This document shows positions 42,504 through 57,959 of a DNA stretch of 64,000 nucleotides, in pieces (position 1 is the first letter of the stretch; each line of letters starts with the position of its first letter). This DNA is from Octopus vulgaris (taxonomy: Eukaryota). A model generated the notes under the pieces. That model was not told where the DNA came from. It ran no database searches and was given only the letters and a program-made list of their open reading frames with translations. The stretch lies in contig OX597828.1 in assembly GCA_951406725.2 (NCBI GenBank), forward strand, positions 25,606,001 to 25,670,000, in the 5' to 3' direction. Position numbers and translations under genes: made by a program.

Positions 42504-42920
42504 ATATATATATATATATATACATCGATACATAGATACATATAAACACACCCATATACATGCATACATATATAGATAATACACACACACATGTATACCT
42601 GATAACAGATCTATATCTGCAAATAGATATTTATGTGCAGAAACATATTCAACAGGTCAATTTTAAAGGCAGAAGAAATTTGGCTACTATTTCTAGCGAA
42701 TCGAGCGACCACGTAGACGCAGGTTCATTGAGCCATGGATCACAATATTAAAACCACAAACGTTGTCTCAAGCTGGCGAAGTTTTCTCCTTCACTTTCGC
42801 AATCGTGGGAGGGACGGCCATCTTTAAAATCTGGGAAAACCATTTTCTTTCACGACTTTCGCTTTCACATATTCTCTTATTTCCCAACTGTTGTATCCTT
42901 TCTCTTTCTCTCTCCTCCCC

Positions 42921-43038
<118 letters not shown>

Positions 43039-43234
43039 ATCTCTGTGTCTGTTTCTCTGTCTCTTTGCCCCTATGAGTGTTCTCTCTTTCTGTCCCCCTG
43101 TATCTCTGTCTACCTGTCTTTCTCTACCTCGTCTCTGCCTCCCTAACTTTCTCTCTACTCCCTCTCTCTGTTTCGATCTCCGTCACCCTGTCTCCGTCCC
43201 ACTCTCTCTCTCTCGCAGTTTGTCTGTGTTTCAC

Positions 43235-43295
<61 letters not shown>

Positions 43296-43318
43296 ATCTA
43301 TCTATCTGTCTGTCTATC

Positions 43319-43361
<43 letters not shown>

Positions 43362-43362
43362 A

Positions 43363-43445
<83 letters not shown>

Positions 43446-43813
43446 ATAGACAGACAGACAGATAGATACTATTTTTCCTCTGACTCGTACCTACATCAAC
43501 CATCCCCCACTGCCACCTTCCATCCATCAATCCAACCGACCAGCCAGCCAGCCAACCAACTAGCCAGCCAGCCAGCCAGCCAACCAGCCAGTCCCACCAT
43601 CTTTTAAATAAGATTTGCCAGTCGTTGCACATCTATAATTAATTGAATGTTGTGACTTATATTGGACGGCTGTCAAGGAATCGCTACACTCGACTACATA
43701 CGATGTCGGCAGGTAACAGGCAGATAACTAAGCAGCACCAATTAACAGAATTTTCACCGTCGACATCTCAAACAACTTATATTACTCATGCACACATGCA
43801 AACACAAACTACG

Positions 43814-43874
<61 letters not shown>

Positions 43875-43924
43875 TCGACTACATGCATGCGTGTGTGTGT
43901 CTTCGTATGTTTTCATATATACTT

Positions 43925-44001
<77 letters not shown>

Positions 44002-44020
44002 CATATACATATATATATAT

Positions 44021-44073
<53 letters not shown>

Positions 44074-45199
44074 CATAAATATATATATATACATATATAT
44101 ATACATACATATATATATATATACATATATATATACATACATACATACATACATATATATATATATGTATATATATATACACGTATGCATGCATGCACGC
44201 ACACAAATCTACATATGTGTGCGTATAAATATATATACATAAACATATATACTATCGTCGATACATACATACATACATGCATAAATTCATACATACATAC
44301 ACACATGCATACCTAGATGCACACATTACATAGATAGACACACACGAGTTTCCACCAACAGCCGACAGCAAACAAGCGAAAGCTGCTCTCTATCTATTTT
44401 ATGATAAATGACTCGGCTCCGCATGCAACACATAAATTACTTTTCCTCCAACAGCTGCGTTAGTACTGATTACCTGCCCTTCGTTACATCGCCGTCCCGC
44501 AGGGGGACACGCTTCGATGCAAGCGGAATGTAAAGGCTAAGGCCTTTTTCGCCAGCTTTCCTACTTGTAAATGGCATAAGAAGGACGTCGCGAAATCATG
44601 GGGGTGATAAGTGTGGATGCGGGGTGGGTGGGGGTGAAATGATGGCGAATGAGAAGAAGTTTGTGTGAAGAGGCTAGGTTCATGAAGGTTGTTATCTGTC
44701 CGATTCGTTTACTATAAAGTGAAATCTTTGTGGTATTTTTTTTTTTTTTTGTCTTTTCGTCCTTCTTTTCTACATATACTCTCCGTTTCCCCTCGCTACC
44801 GACGCCTCCCTCTATCTCTTTCTTTTCTCTATGACATAGATCAACGCATCAACTGTAAATTGCGTGCGATTCAGCGATGCGTGTGATAGAGACGAAGAAG
44901 GACGAACGAAAGAGAATAAACAAAGAAAGAGAAGAAAGATTTCGGCTGTTGTTTGTGGTGAGATTGTGTTGTTGGCGTTTGAAAGATGGGTGTTGGGCGG
45001 TAATCTTAACTGGAATCGGTTTGGCCAAGGAGAAAACAAAATGTTTGATTGCTGGGCTGTTGGTCTGTTTGCTGGCGAAAACTGGTAAAACCTTTATTTC
45101 GGCGAACCAAGTTTACAGTGTGGAAACATTATTTATTATAATGAAATAGAATATGGAAAACAATGAAAATAATAAGGAGTGGTGGTGGTGGTGGTGGTT

Positions 45200-45242
<43 letters not shown>

Positions 45243-45422
45243 TAGTAGTAGAGAGTGGTGAACGGAAAGGAGAGCCAAGAGAAATGAATGAGAAATGAGT
45301 GAAATAGAGGAGAGAGGGAGAAAGATAAAAGTAAGAGAAATAGAAAAAAAGGAGGAGAAGGAGGAGCAGGAGGCAAAAAGGAAAAATATGAATGCAAAGG
45401 AAAAGGAGGAGGAGAAGGATAT

Positions 45423-45463
<41 letters not shown>

Positions 45464-45542
45464 ACTGCTGTTCGTGAATGAGAATCAAAGAAGTTGGTAA
45501 TCAGTGAGGAAAAACTAAGGGAAAACTGAGCACTAAAAAAAT

Positions 45543-45643
<101 letters not shown>

Positions 45644-46464
45644 TGAAGAAAATTCTGGTATCAGAAGAAAATATTACGAAAATATATGAATGAAAAAAAT
45701 GAAAAGAAAAATGAAAGTATAAAAAGATAGAGAAACGGTCGGGCAGGAAAGTATGTTGTATAAATATGAATGGCGAATTAGGGTGGCTGGAGAATGAGAG
45801 CAAAGTGAAATAAATGAATTATCGAAGTCGAAATAGAGAGTGGATAGCGTGTAGACAAGATTCGACAGAAGAGAGATAGAATCAGAAGAGAGACAGAATC
45901 TTGAGTAGACAAGATTCGACAGAAGAGAGATAGAAAGAAAGACAGAGAGAGAGAGAGACGGTGCGGGGGGGGGGGAGTAAGGAAGAGGAAAAAATGTATT
46001 TGATAACTAAAATAGGAAAAAAAAAAAGAAAAAAAATAGATTAGGAGATTCAGAAATGAAGTCGAATGACGAAGACAAAACACAAATATGACAAAGATGG
46101 CCGATAGGAATGCAAAATATAAATAAGTAAAAAAAAGACAAATACAAATAAGGGTCCACAAAAATAAGACAAACGAATAAATATAAATAAACAAAAATAT
46201 GATAATAATGCAAAAAAAAAAAAAATAGTGAAATAAAATATGGTCTGTGTTTTTTTTTTTTACGTTGTAACAAAATAGCCATTATCTTCTCGGGAAGACA
46301 GCCAAAGTCACATAGGTTATAATTTCTAGTCGTATCAAAATTAATATCATTTGGACAGGACACAATTAGAGAGAAATGACGAGAGAAGATGACAAAAAAA
46401 AACCCAAAAAAAAACCAATATAACAAAAAAGAAAAAGACACCTAATAAACAACATATACCAACA

Positions 46465-46465
46465 C

Positions 46466-46499
<34 letters not shown>

Positions 46500-46541
46500 A
46501 TAATAATAATGATAATAATAATAATAATAATGATAATAATG

Positions 46542-46614
<73 letters not shown>

Positions 46615-46687
46615 TGATGAAAATAATATTAATAATAATAATAATAATAATAATGAAAATAATAATAATAATAATAATAATAATGAA

Positions 46688-46740
<53 letters not shown>

Positions 46741-46775
46741 AAATAATATTAATAATAATAATAATAATAATAATG
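46465..46775. repeat. (TAG)n/(AAT)n array
   Basis: Directly visible. Confidence 0.95.
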
Positions 46776-47671
46776 CCGATGATATGCGATGGAGCGACTG
46801 CTTCAGGAGAAAGAAATACCCTGCCTCGAGGGTTCCTCTTTTTTTTTTCTTTTTTGTTTTCTTTTTCTCGCTTGTGGCCATGAGGTAGAGGTGATGATGT
46901 TCGGTCGGATTCCACAAGCGTGATTTTGTATTGATTGCAAGTAAAAAGAATCGCGGTGGTGATATTGGGGGATGTAAAACTAAAACAAAAAAACAAAAAC
47001 AGAATAAAATAAAATAAAGAGGAACGATAAATGCATATAAATAAACAATAAAAGAAAAAAGCGAAGGATATAAGAACAAAATATATAAAAAAAATATTTA
47101 TATAAAAAAAAAATGGATGCGTTAAGGTACTACAAAAAAAAAATGAAAAAATTGATATTGAAAAGCGACTGTGATGATTTGCTGTAATCTTGTTCAATGA
47201 ATTGCTGTTAGAATCATGGAGGACTTTATAAATATAGAGACGCCAAACTATTGCTTAATGTTAAAGCTCCCTGAAGAGGTGGAAATAAAGAGGGAGAGAA
47301 ACAGGACTTTGTCGGTTTCTTGCCTGCTTGCTGCAGGCAGGGAGAATGGGAAAAATTGTAAAAATATGGAATGGTGAGGGTTTTCACATGAGGGCAAACG
47401 GAAGGAAGAAGTTTTCTAGAAGATTTATAAGAAAATGATTTCATTTGTCGAAGCAGGTAAAAAAACAAAACAAAATACAAAAAAAAAAAGAACAAAAAAA
47501 AACAACAAAACTCTCTCTTTCGAAGAAATTGTGATATAATCGATTGAATAACCATCCATAGTGTATGATAAGGTTTAGCCATAGTGGCTGTTGTTTAACC
47601 CCTGGTCAGCCCACACCGACCACACTTATGACCAAAGGTGTTCAAACATTGACTATCCCAAGTTTTTGCTA

Positions 47672-47870
47672 TCTTTTAGTACTCATTGGACTGCGTCCAT
47701 ACTGGTGCACCGCCTTGGGGTGGGGGTTAGCCGAATGAACCGACTGTAGTATTTATTTTCTTTTTTATGCTTGTTACTTATTCTTGGTGGTGGTGGTCTT
47801 TTTTGCCGGACTAAGTTGCGGGAACGTAAACAAACGAACGGTGGTTATTAAACAGTGGAGATACACACAC
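47672..47870 (-). mobile_element. SINE family A 3' half, diverged
   Basis: GACTGCGTCCATACTGGTGCACCGCCTT..GGAACGTAAACAAAC. Confidence 0.6.
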
Positions 47871-48189
47871 ACACACACACACACACACAGCTTTGAATAT
47901 ATAAAATGGAAGAAAGTGTACTCAATACATATACTAAAGTTTATTTCTTTGGAAACGTCTATTTATTCAGCAATTTCAAAAGAGTTTTTTTCCCTTTTCT
48001 CCTTTGGAAAGAATTCTTATTAATGCTAATGGCATCCCTTCTCACTGGAGATATAATTTTATTCCTTTAAATTTATTGGCCCCCGAAAGAATGAAAGACA
48101 AAGTTGACCTCAGTCAGATTTGAACGCAGAACGCAAAATGCCGCAAGGTAATGCATCTGACCTCTAACAACGCTATTAGTTCAGTATCT

Positions 48190-48374
<185 letters not shown>

Positions 48375-49215
48375 CATCCATCCATCCATCCATCTATCTA
48401 TCTATCTATCTGTCTGTCTGTCTGTCTGTCTGCTAACTTCCTCAAGGAAATAAGGTTCTAACTAGAGTTCCGGTAGAAACACTGACTCCTTCACTCGGAA
48501 TCGACACCCTCTCTATATTCATGCACAAACACTGCAAGCATCATTAGTAACACTGAAGCTCTCACTACCATCACCATTACCACTACCGCTGAAGCCGTCA
48601 TTGCCGCCAAAGCCGCCGCCGTAGCAGGCAGCAGGTAGCAGCATCGGTAGCATGAGCATCGCCACCACCACCACCACCACCAAACCACCAAACCACCACC
48701 AAACCACCACCACTACCACAACCACCAAACCACCACCACCACACCACCAAACCACCACCACCACCAGCCACCACCGCCGCCGCGGCCACCGCCACAACCA
48801 CCGCCACCACCATACATCATTTATTATTTATTTACTATTTGAAAGAAGTTAATGACGTGTAACGTGACGTCATCGCATATTTGTCAAAGTTGTAAGATAA
48901 CTCAGACAGACACACTGACACGAACACACGCACAAAAACACACGCATATACACTACACACACAACACACACACACACACACACACACACACGCCCGCGCT
49001 CGCTCGCTCTCTTCCTTTCTCTCTCTCTCCCTCTCTCTCTTTCTATCTCTTTTTCTGCCTCACACCGTAGATAAGCCGCACTGACGTGGGATGGAAGAAA
49101 GGTGTTTTAAGCAAGTGAAGTCACCTGAAAAGCAATCGGTAAAGTGACAAACAAAAAAAAAAAAAACTGTACTTCGTCAACCCTGAACCCCTATGCATAC
49201 TTTTAATCCTTCGCT

Positions 49216-49303
<88 letters not shown>

Positions 49304-49439
49304 TCACACACACAAGCACACACGCAGAGGCATAAACACATACATACACACACACACGCCTTCTTCACAAATTTCACCCCACCCCATCTCAAATACCACT
49401 GAGACACTACTTTGTATCAATTCTTGCATTCCTCATCAA

Positions 49440-49513
49440 TATGATGATGATGATGATGATGATGATCATGGTGATGGTGATGATGGTGATGATCATGGTG
49501 ATGATGGTGATGG

Positions 49514-49547
<34 letters not shown>

Positions 49548-49620
49548 GGTGATGGTGATGGTGATGATGATGATGGTGATGATGATGGTGCTGTTGATGA
49601 TGATGATGGTGCTGTTGATG

Positions 49621-49654
<34 letters not shown>

Positions 49655-49743
49655 GGATGAGGATGAGGATGATGAGGATGATGAGGATGATGAGGATGAT
49701 GAGGATGATGAGGATGATGTTGGTGGTGGTGTGATGGTGATGG

Positions 49744-49787
<44 letters not shown>

Positions 49788-50080
49788 GTGATGATGGTGA
49801 TGGTGATGATGATGGTGTTGGTGGTAGTGGTGTTGGAGGTGGTGGTAGTGATGGTAATAATGATGAGGATGATGACGACAATGGTGATTGATGAGCAATG
49901 ATGATTGCGGCAGTGATGGCGTTGGTGATTGCGGTGGTTGTTATGTGATGGCGTTGATGAGGATGACGAAAATGACGAGGATGATGATGATGATGATGAA
50001 AATACTGTTACTGCTGCTGCTGCTGCTGCTATAGCAAATTATGACGATGGTGATGATGATGATGATGATGATGACAACGT
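49440..50080. repeat. (GAT)/(GGT)/(GAG) trinucleotide mosaic
   Basis: Directly visible. Confidence 0.93.
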
Positions 50081-50395
50081 TGATTAAAACCTCGAAGTCT
50101 GAAATTATAGCCTCAAGGCAACGAGATCGAATTCAAACCGAAGTCGCCGGTGCCTTAAGACGGCGCAGTCTCAATTGTACAGCAACAAGGAAACATGAAC
50201 AGATAAATGAAAAATGAAATGCAAATTTTAAAAATCAGCGAAACGATCTGCTCAGCCATAGCAATCATAAGATTATTACAACCAGCATCGGCACCAAAAC
50301 CATCAACACTAATACCAAGAGCACAACACCCATCTCATCACAGACATCAACGAGAAACACCGGCACAACCGCCTCCATCACCGCCAGTATTAATA

Positions 50396-50898
50396 CCTAT
50401 TTCTTTACTACCCACAAGGGGCTAAACACAGAGAGGACAAACAAGGACAGACAAACGGATTAAGTCGATTACATTGACCCCTGTGCGTAACTGGTACTTA
50501 ATTTATAAGGCGGCGAGCTGGCAGAAGCGTTAGCACGCCGGGCGAAATGCTTCGTGGTATTTCGTCTGTCGCTACGTTCTGAGTTCAAATTCCGCCGAGG
50601 TCGACTTTGCCTTTCATCCTTTCGGGGTCGATAAATTAAGTACCAGTTACGCACTGGCGTCGATATAATCCTTTCGGGGTCGATAAATTAAGTACCAGTT
50701 ACGCACTGGGGACGATTAATCGACTTTATCCGTCTGTCTGTCCTTGTTTGTCCACTCTGTTTAGTCCCTTGTGGGTAGTAAAGAAATAGGTACTTAATTT
50801 ATCGACCCCGAAAGGATGAATGGCAAAGTCGACCTCAGCGGAATTTGAACTCAGAACGTAACGGCAGACGAAATACGGCTAAGCATTTCGCCTGGCAC
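50396..50898 (-). mobile_element. SINE family D (minus strand) interrupted by a second D copy
   Basis: 3' part at 50396-50506 and 5' part at 50789-50898. Confidence 0.85.
50507..50788 (+). mobile_element. SINE family D, full length, nested, with 14-bp TSD
   Basis: TSD GGTACTTAATTTAT at 50493-50506 and 50789-50802; internal duplication with 52-bp period. Confidence 0.9.
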
Positions 50899-51796
50899 CA
50901 TTACCAAAATTACCATTGCAAATACCACCAGCCAACACCATCCATCAATAAGGGAATAAGAATTATTTTAGTGATGCGGCCTGATCCTGACTGATGATTA
51001 GCCACGTCTCATGCGGCCCGCCGGGCCTGCTATATATGTTTAGTAGACATATTAGAAACAACAGCTAAATCACTCTCAGATTAAAGCCTCTTCTACCTCA
51101 CGATTATAACACATCAGATGTGTGATCGGTGATTAGTGTCAGGATCAGAAGGGATGGTCATGGAGAGTATAGTTTTTCTAACTCGTGTCTGTTCGATCAA
51201 TTTAGGACAAGCAGCAGTAGCAGCAGTAGCAGCAACAATACTTGGTGACACTGTTTACCTACAAACACTCTTTATAACTGCTCACTTTTTTACTACTACC
51301 ACCACCACTACCACCACCACCACCTCCTCCACTACTCCTCCAATACTACTATTACTATCACCACCCTTTCCACCACCACTACTACTACCACCACTACTAC
51401 TACCACCACTAACTACTATGTCCCCTTCCCCCTCTTCCTCTCCCCTCCAACATCCCACTTTTACCAACAGTTGGCTCCTGTCACCTATAAAGTGTGTCAA
51501 TAACTCCCTTCCTATCAAGGGAAATAATTACCCCAAACAACTCCCCTCCCCCTCTCCCGCCACCACACTTCGTTCGCTTCCAAGGGTTGATTTGCTACCC
51601 ACCACACCACACCACACCCGTACATTCAAGGACACAGTTTCGTGATAGATGATGCGGTGGGGTATAAGGAGGGCTTGGCGTTAGGGTGTTCGGGTAGGTC
51701 ACTTTCGACACGTGCCTGACAACCGCGGGGCAGGTGAAACCTAGTTATGGTGGGAGGGGGCAGGGCTCTCTCTGTCAATTAATTTACATCTAAAAC

Positions 51797-52429
<633 letters not shown>

Positions 52430-52440
<11 letters not shown>

Positions 52441-52722
52441 TATTTTATCGAACCCAAAAAGGAGCAAAAGCAAAGTTGGCCTCAGCGGAATTTGAACTCA
52501 AAACATGAAGACGGACGAAATGCCGCAAAGCATTTTGCCAGGCGTGCTAACGATCCTGCCGGCAACAAAAATAAAAAAAAACCCCACCAAGCCCGACACT
52601 AATCCCATATGACTACAGAGTTACCTATTTCTTTATTACCCACAAGGGGCTAAACATAGAGGGGACAAACAAGGACAAACATAGGTATTAAGTCGATTAC
52701 ATCGACCTCAGTGCGTAACTGG
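52430..52722 (-). mobile_element. SINE family D fragments
   Basis: Head and body at 52430-52562; tail at 52624-52722. Confidence 0.75.
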
Positions 52723-53105
52723 TTTACCAACAAACTGTTGCCAGTATTACAACATTTCACCTATATAACTGTATGATGCACTCCTATCGCCCGTACCTAG
52801 ACACCACCTTACTTTCCCCGGGTCCAGTAGGCAATCGAGCAGCTAAGACGGCTGGCGCCATCTATTATACATTTGATAACTTCGTCTCTCCCACCCTTCG
52901 TCACTTTACTGCTTGTCACTTAAGTCTCAGGCGTCTTCTGATCCGCCAACCATCTGTTGAAATTCGGAGACTGGGTATAACAAAGGAATAAGGCACACAA
53001 CAGCCAGTTGTGCGTGCGTGCGTGTGTGCTTGTGTGTGTGTGTGCGTGTGTGTTTGATATCTACATCACACAGAGGCACATAGATCCACGCACACGCATA
53101 TGTGT

Positions 53106-53307
53106 CTTTTACTTGCTTCAGTCATTAGGCTTCGGCCATGCTGGGGCTCCGCCTTGAAGCATTTTAGTCGAACTAATTGACCTCAGTACTTTTTTAAAGC
53201 TTTGTACTTATAGAATTCTATCTTGCTGAATCACCGACTTACGTGGATGAAAAACAAAGCAACAACGGTTGTCAAGCGGTGAAAGGGGACAAACATCGAC
53301 ATAAAGA

Positions 53308-53370
<63 letters not shown>

Positions 53371-53508
53371 TTATATATACCTAAACGATAGGCTTCTTTC
53401 ACTTTCCGTCTACCAAATCCACTACTCCAAAAGTTCTGGTCGGCCTTGACCAAGGCGCCACGCAGAGGGACTGACCCTAGGAACATGTGGTTGTGAGGGG
53501 AGCTTCTT
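53106..53508 (-). mobile_element. SINE family A, diverged
   Basis: Tail, internal (CA)n and head are all recognisable. Confidence 0.8.
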
Positions 53509-54198
53509 TATTTCATTCATCAGATTTGCCATAAAGGCATTGCAAAGATAGAAGCAAATGCGGGCTGGACAATAACACAAATGAGATGAAATGATGACCG
53601 ATGTAATGATATTAATGAGAGAGGCAAATCGACGCCCGCCGATCAAAGCCCCGCTATAACACTGTTCTTTTTTCTTTTTCTTTTTTCTTTCTCTTTTTTT
53701 TAAAAATAAACCCCCCCCCCAGCACAAATGAGGTAATGAACATCTAACATTAACATCAATTGAGGCGCTAAGCCTCTTATCAATGTATATTGTTCATGAT
53801 GCAACAAACCTCTACACTTCACAATATTCAATAAAAAAAATTCAATAACAAAATGAGGCACTAAGCCTCTTACCTTTCTTTCTAAACTCGGAACTTTCAA
53901 TAACACTGAGGTTTTTCAACCTCTTACCACTATTCCTCCTCAACATCGCTTGTGCCTGCATAAAATTACCCAAATACGACAACTTTAACACGAAATAACT
54001 TCTAAAATACGAAATTTTGTCAAAAATGTTGAAAGTAAAACCTTGTTCAACGTGAGAAATTACACCAGTATACGAAGTTTCAAACTGTTGAGTTAAAAAA
54101 AAATTATTCAAAAATCTGTAAGCGAAACTGAAGAGATCCCATTCAATTATCACACCCTCGCTACACACACATACACACACGTTCACACCAGTCATATT

Positions 54199-54418
54199 TT
54201 AAGCCTTTAACATTTAAACCGGCCATACCAGGCCCAAATATTCTACTTGTGTAATGTTGAAACTAGCTCTCACACCTACCCTACTATGTCATTATTGAAA
54301 TAAACAGCGACATCATGAAAATATTGAAGCTACAAGTTAATGTATATTTAATTCAAAACAACGTAAATGAATAAGCATCACATTTGATGGAATAACCTGA
54401 AAGTTCAGAAATAGTTAA
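54199..54418. mobile_element. piggyBac-like MITE, degenerate
   Basis: TTAA at both ends; the left end TTAAGCCTTTAACATT is CCC-like, and the right TIR is decayed. Confidence 0.4.
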
Positions 54419-54520
54419 ACATTATGTTCCTTGCTTCTTTTGAAAACGATTTGACTGGAAAGAAAACTTTGGACCATCAACATGTTTTTTTAGCCCAAAA
54501 TGTTTTTAAAGAAATAAGGA

Positions 54521-54901
54521 AGCACTCCGTCGGTTACGACGACGAGGGTTCCGGTTGATCCGATCAACGGAAGAGCCTGCTCGTGAAATTAACGTGTAAG
54601 TGGCTGAGCACTCCACAGACACGTGTACCCTTAACGTAGTTCTCGGGGATATTCAGCGTGACACAGAGAGTGACAAGGCTGACCCCTTTGAAATACAGGT
54701 ACAACAGAAACAGGAAGTAAGAGTGAGAGAAAGTTGTGGTGAAAGAGTACAGCAGGGATCACCACCATCCCCTGCCGGAGCCTCGTGGAGCTTTTAGGTG
54801 TTTTCGCTCAATAAACACTCACAATGCCCGGTCTGGGAATCTAAACCGCGATCCTACGACCGCGAGTCCGCCGCCCTAACCACTGGGCCATTGCGGCCTC
54901 C
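54521..54901 (-). mobile_element. SINE with family B head and family C tail
   Basis: The head matches 40688 and the 3' half matches the 6461 and 54991 copies. Confidence 0.88.
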
Positions 54902-54990
54902 ACTTTTAAAGAAATATAAACGATTTCATAGGAAATATATTTCCACCAATGAAAATTTAGGAATGATCGATGTAGTAAACTAAAAAAAAG

Positions 54991-55308
54991 ACTCCGCCGG
55001 TTACGACGACGAGGGTCCCAGCTGATACGATCAACGGAACAGCTTGCTCGTGAAATTAACGTGCAAATGGCTGAGCATTCCACAGACACGTGTACCCTTA
55101 ACGTAGTTCTCGGGGATAATCAGCGTGACACATAGAGTGACAAGGCTGACCCTTTGAAATACAAGTACAACTCATTTTTGCCAGCTGAGTGGACTGGAGC
55201 AACGTGAAATAAAGTGTCTTGCTCAAGGACACAACGCGTCGCCGGGAATCGAACTCACAACCTTACGATCATGAGCCGAATGCCCTAACCACTAAGCCAC
55301 GCGCCCTC
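54991..55308 (-). mobile_element. SINE family C, full length
   Basis: Head GAGGGCGCGTGGCTTAGTGGTTAGGGCATTCGG..GAGTTCGATTCCC. Confidence 0.9.
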
Positions 55309-56497
55309 ACTGTAGTAAACTAACGAACGAATGGAATGACTGAGGCAACAGAAGATAAATAGATCATAATTAGATTCAGTCTTGACGTTGCTGAGATAAT
55401 AGATTTTGCATGCATTGCATATGGAACCCCGCCCTCTCTCTCTCACTCTCACTTGCTCTATATATGTGTGTGTGTATGCATGTATGTGTATATACATACA
55501 TATATTCGTACTTACGCACACAAATATATACATACATATTTGTGTGTGTCTGTGTATGCGTGTAAATTTATGTGTACATACATTTATACATACACACATC
55601 TGCACGCACGCACGAAAACACACACACACACACAAACACACACATATGCAACTTAGTAACAATGACGGGGTTTACGTTGGAATAAAACTTTTAAAAAGTG
55701 CTTATCTTTTACAAAACCTTTAATAAATATACGAATACATCAATATACAAACATACACGCATCCATGCTCACATATATGTGTGCGTATGTGTGTGTGTGT
55801 GTGTGCATGTGTGTGTGTGTGTCTGTGTCTGTGTGTGTGTGTCTATGTGTGTGTGTGTGCATGTGTGTGTGTGTCTATGTGTGTGTGTGTGTGCATGTGT
55901 GCGTGTGTCTATGTGTGTGTGTGTGTGTGTGTGTCTATGTGTGTGCATGTGTGTGCATGTGTGTGTGTGTCTATGTGTGTGTGTGTGTGCATGTGTGAGT
56001 GTGTCTATGTGTATGTCTATGTGTGTGTGTGTGTGTGAGTATTGCATGCAGTTATGAATAGTTAACTAGTAAACGAGATATGAATCGTAAACACACAGGT
56101 GCGTAGTTCGAAATCAAAACGGATATTAAAACAAGTTTTAATATCCGTTTTCCAATCGGTAACCTTCATTTTTAAGATAAGAAATTGATATAAATTAGCA
56201 AACTAATTTTCCCGTGTTCAGCTTAAATATATATATTTATTATCATTATCATTATTGTTGCTGTTATTGTTGTTGTAGTCGTTGTTGTTATTGTTGCTGT
56301 TGTTGTTATATTTGATGCAGTTGATATTGTTCTTCTCAGTGATATTGTAGTCGTTATTGTTTTTGCACCCCACGTCGTATTATATATACTCGATCATAAG
56401 TGATATTATATAGGTGCAAGTATAAACATGAAGTGTGTTTTTTATTTTTCTGTTTACTTTTTGTTTATTTGTAGTTACTGAGATCAGGGCCACCTTC

Positions 56498-56676
56498 ATT
56501 CATCATCATTGTTCGACCGTGGTCGAGACAATGGAATTTACCATGCTACGCCAGACTTCACGGTCCATCATGGCATTACGGAGGTCCTGTTGCTGGATGC
56601 CTGTATCCCTGGAGATTACATCAGGGTAGGAAAGTGTGCGCCCTCTGGTATTGCGAGTAGATGGCTTCCAGAGGAA
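56498..56676 (-). mobile_element. RTE-like LINE 3' end
   Basis: LWKPSTRNTRGRTLSYPDVISRDTG..AMMDREVWR..* followed by (TGA)n. Confidence 0.82.
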
Positions 56677-57008
56677 GGGCCACCATAGCAGCATTATAGG
56701 CCCCGGGCCAATCGATGCACTAGGTTCTATAGTATGTTACTTATTGACACATCAAGCCGTAGCACACATAGATCAGAATTGTGTAATAAGTAAATGCTAC
56801 TATAGGGCCCAAATCAATGCTTCGGGCCCTATAATAGCATTTACTTATTGACAGTAAACAACAACGTAAATAGATCAGAATTGGGTCCTTAAAACCACAA
56901 TATCTTCGAGTAACTGTCCCGTGTGTCCATGTCCTAATATGGCACTGACTGATAGAGTATAAGTTTCGACAATGACCTCTTGCTTTCCATGAAATTATTA
57001 ATAAACGT

Positions 57009-57412
57009 AAGGCGGCGTTGAGCTGGCAGAATTGTTAGCTCGCCGGGCAAAATGTTTTGAGGCTTTGTGCTTTGAGTTCAAATTCCACCGAGATGGACTA
57101 AGCTTTTTATCCTTTCGAGAACGATAAAACAAGTACCAGTTGATCACTGGGGTTGATGTATTCGACTTACCCCCTTCTCCCAAAATTGCTGGCCTTGTGC
57201 AAGAAAGCGACAAGGTGGAAGAATCGTCAGCACATCAGACAAAATGCTTATTAACATTTCTTCCGGCTAATTACGTTCCGAGTTCGAATTCCGTTAAGAT
57301 CGACTTTGCCGATTGTAATTTCGTGGTCGCTAAAATAAATACCAGTTGAATCCTGGGATCGATTGTATGGAATTTTGCCCTTCCCTACAAAATTCCAGGC
57401 CTCGTGCCTATA
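57009..57412 (+). mobile_element. Two tandem SINE family D copies with an alternative tail
   Basis: Heads at 57009 and about 57210; tails CAAAATT..GGCCT.GTGC. Confidence 0.75.
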
Positions 57413-57639
57413 GTAGTGTAGTGTCGTCATATTCCGCGCACACGCAACGTCATTCTTCAGTGTGCGTGTGCGTGGTCGGAGCCTTCTGGAACCTTCTGGA
57501 AAGGCATAAGGAAGTTCCCTTTACAGTAGAAAGAATTACTAAAAACCTGAATTACGATAAGTTACGTATTTGAGTTGTTGCAGATTTTGCGACGTTGAGA
57601 ATTTTACAAATGTTTTGCAGTGTTCTTATGGAAATATAA

Positions 57640-57959
57640 AAGTTCCCCTCCTAAATTCAGTTACTCATTTCTGCACTGTTGATAAAGCTGGAGTGTACAT
57701 CCCCGAATATAGCAATCATGTCTGCATAAATATCTTTGACGGCCAAACTATTTGTCTGCAGATACTTGATAACACCACGATGGCAAATGCCGTTCACTTT
57801 AAAGAGAAGTCGCTACCAGTTACTTCTGAAACCCTCTTGGGACAGTGAAGTATCACTTTACCTAAAATGAAACAATGCAGTTATTAATAAGAAAAACTGA
57901 AATTAATGCAAGGTTTCACAGCTTTAGCATCACTCCTTCTTTTTCAGCGCATCATCGTA
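57640..57959 (-). pseudogene. Mariner transposase N-terminal (HTH) remnant with 5' TIR
   Basis: Minus strand HRGVIKYLQTNSLAVKDIYADMIAIFGD / PALSTVQK*VTEFRRG; the terminus TACGATGATGCGCTGAAAAAG is mariner-like. Confidence 0.75.
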
